Sequence record: MW812341.1
Strand: one strand, 5' to 3'
DNA length: 64,000 nucleotides
Positions 63,610 through 64,000 of this stretch are shown here, piece by piece (within the stretch, counting starts at the first letter, position 1; each line of letters opens with the position of its first letter). The notes under the pieces were generated by a model, which saw nothing but the letters and a program-made list of their open reading frames with translations, was not told the origin of the DNA and made no database searches. A program made the translations under genes and the position numbers.

Positions 63610-64000
63610 ACAGTCGTGCATCCACAGGGTCAACGGTTACGATCTCCTCCATAAACCGCGTCAACGCCAGGAACGGGTTGACGTTATCTCGCTCGATTGC
63701 ATCTGCTGACGAGTTGGGAATATCAGACACTAGAAGTGCCGGTATCACTATTGTGAATACCGGTGCTTTTACTTCTAAATTTTTTGCCTGAATGTCTATC
63801 CAGCGGAACCAGTCGTACATATACCACGTATCCCACAACGCATTCAAGTGACCGATAGTCAGGTTACCGAATGGGGTGAAAGTTATTTCGACCTTCACTT
63901 CGTTGTAGAACATCCGGAAGTGAGCTTTAAACCGCTCAGCTTCTTCTTCGGTTAAATCGGTATACGGCCACATGTTAATGGTCAACACAGGCGGCTCTAA
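63557..64000 (-). CDS. hypothetical protein, 5' truncated by window edge
   Basis: Frame open to position 64000; stop at 63557. Confidence 0.7.
   Translation of the reverse strand, partial: LEPPVLTINMWPYTDLTEEEAERFKAHFRMFYNEVKVEITFTPFGNLTIGHLNALWDTWYMYDWFRWIDIQAKNLEVKAPVFTIVIPALLVSDIPNSSADAIERDNVNPFLALTRFMEEIVTVDPVDARLFSIRRPRPQDAEKTPSS

Noticed and set aside
1-64000. CRISPR array, integrase or IS element
   Set aside because: No regularly spaced direct repeats or transposase/integrase motifs seen.

Overview
This is a segment of a phiKZ/SPN3US-like enterobacterial jumbo phage genome (Chimalliviridae-type). The assignment rests on motifs and gene order: terminase large subunit, tail sheath and tube, prohead protease, virion RNA polymerase beta and beta' subunits, a 2455-aa tape measure with a lytic transglycosylase domain, and nucleotide-metabolism genes (thyA, MazG-like, CYTH, HD, HAD nucleotidase). 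A TATATTAC-like early-promoter motif recurs on the minus strand. The most unusual part is a minus-strand RNA operon (about 5.8-11.2 kb). It holds 15 canonical tRNAs interleaved with one atypical CAU tRNA and six tRNA-shaped RNAs that lack a normal anticodon arm. One of these is a 150-nt 'Siamese-twin' RNA in which two tRNA bodies are fused through their anticodon stems. Several larger structured intergenic RNAs lie in the same operon. Other highlights are a pseudoknotted leader before a terB / membrane protein / TAXI-binding-protein module, a 1.3-kb non-coding region of two structured arms around an AT-rich palindrome, and a stand-alone 69-aa protein ending in CPSGACKI, nearly identical to the redox-shuttle tail of enterobacterial NrdA. 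All folds and family calls were made by eye; no database searches or folding programs were run.
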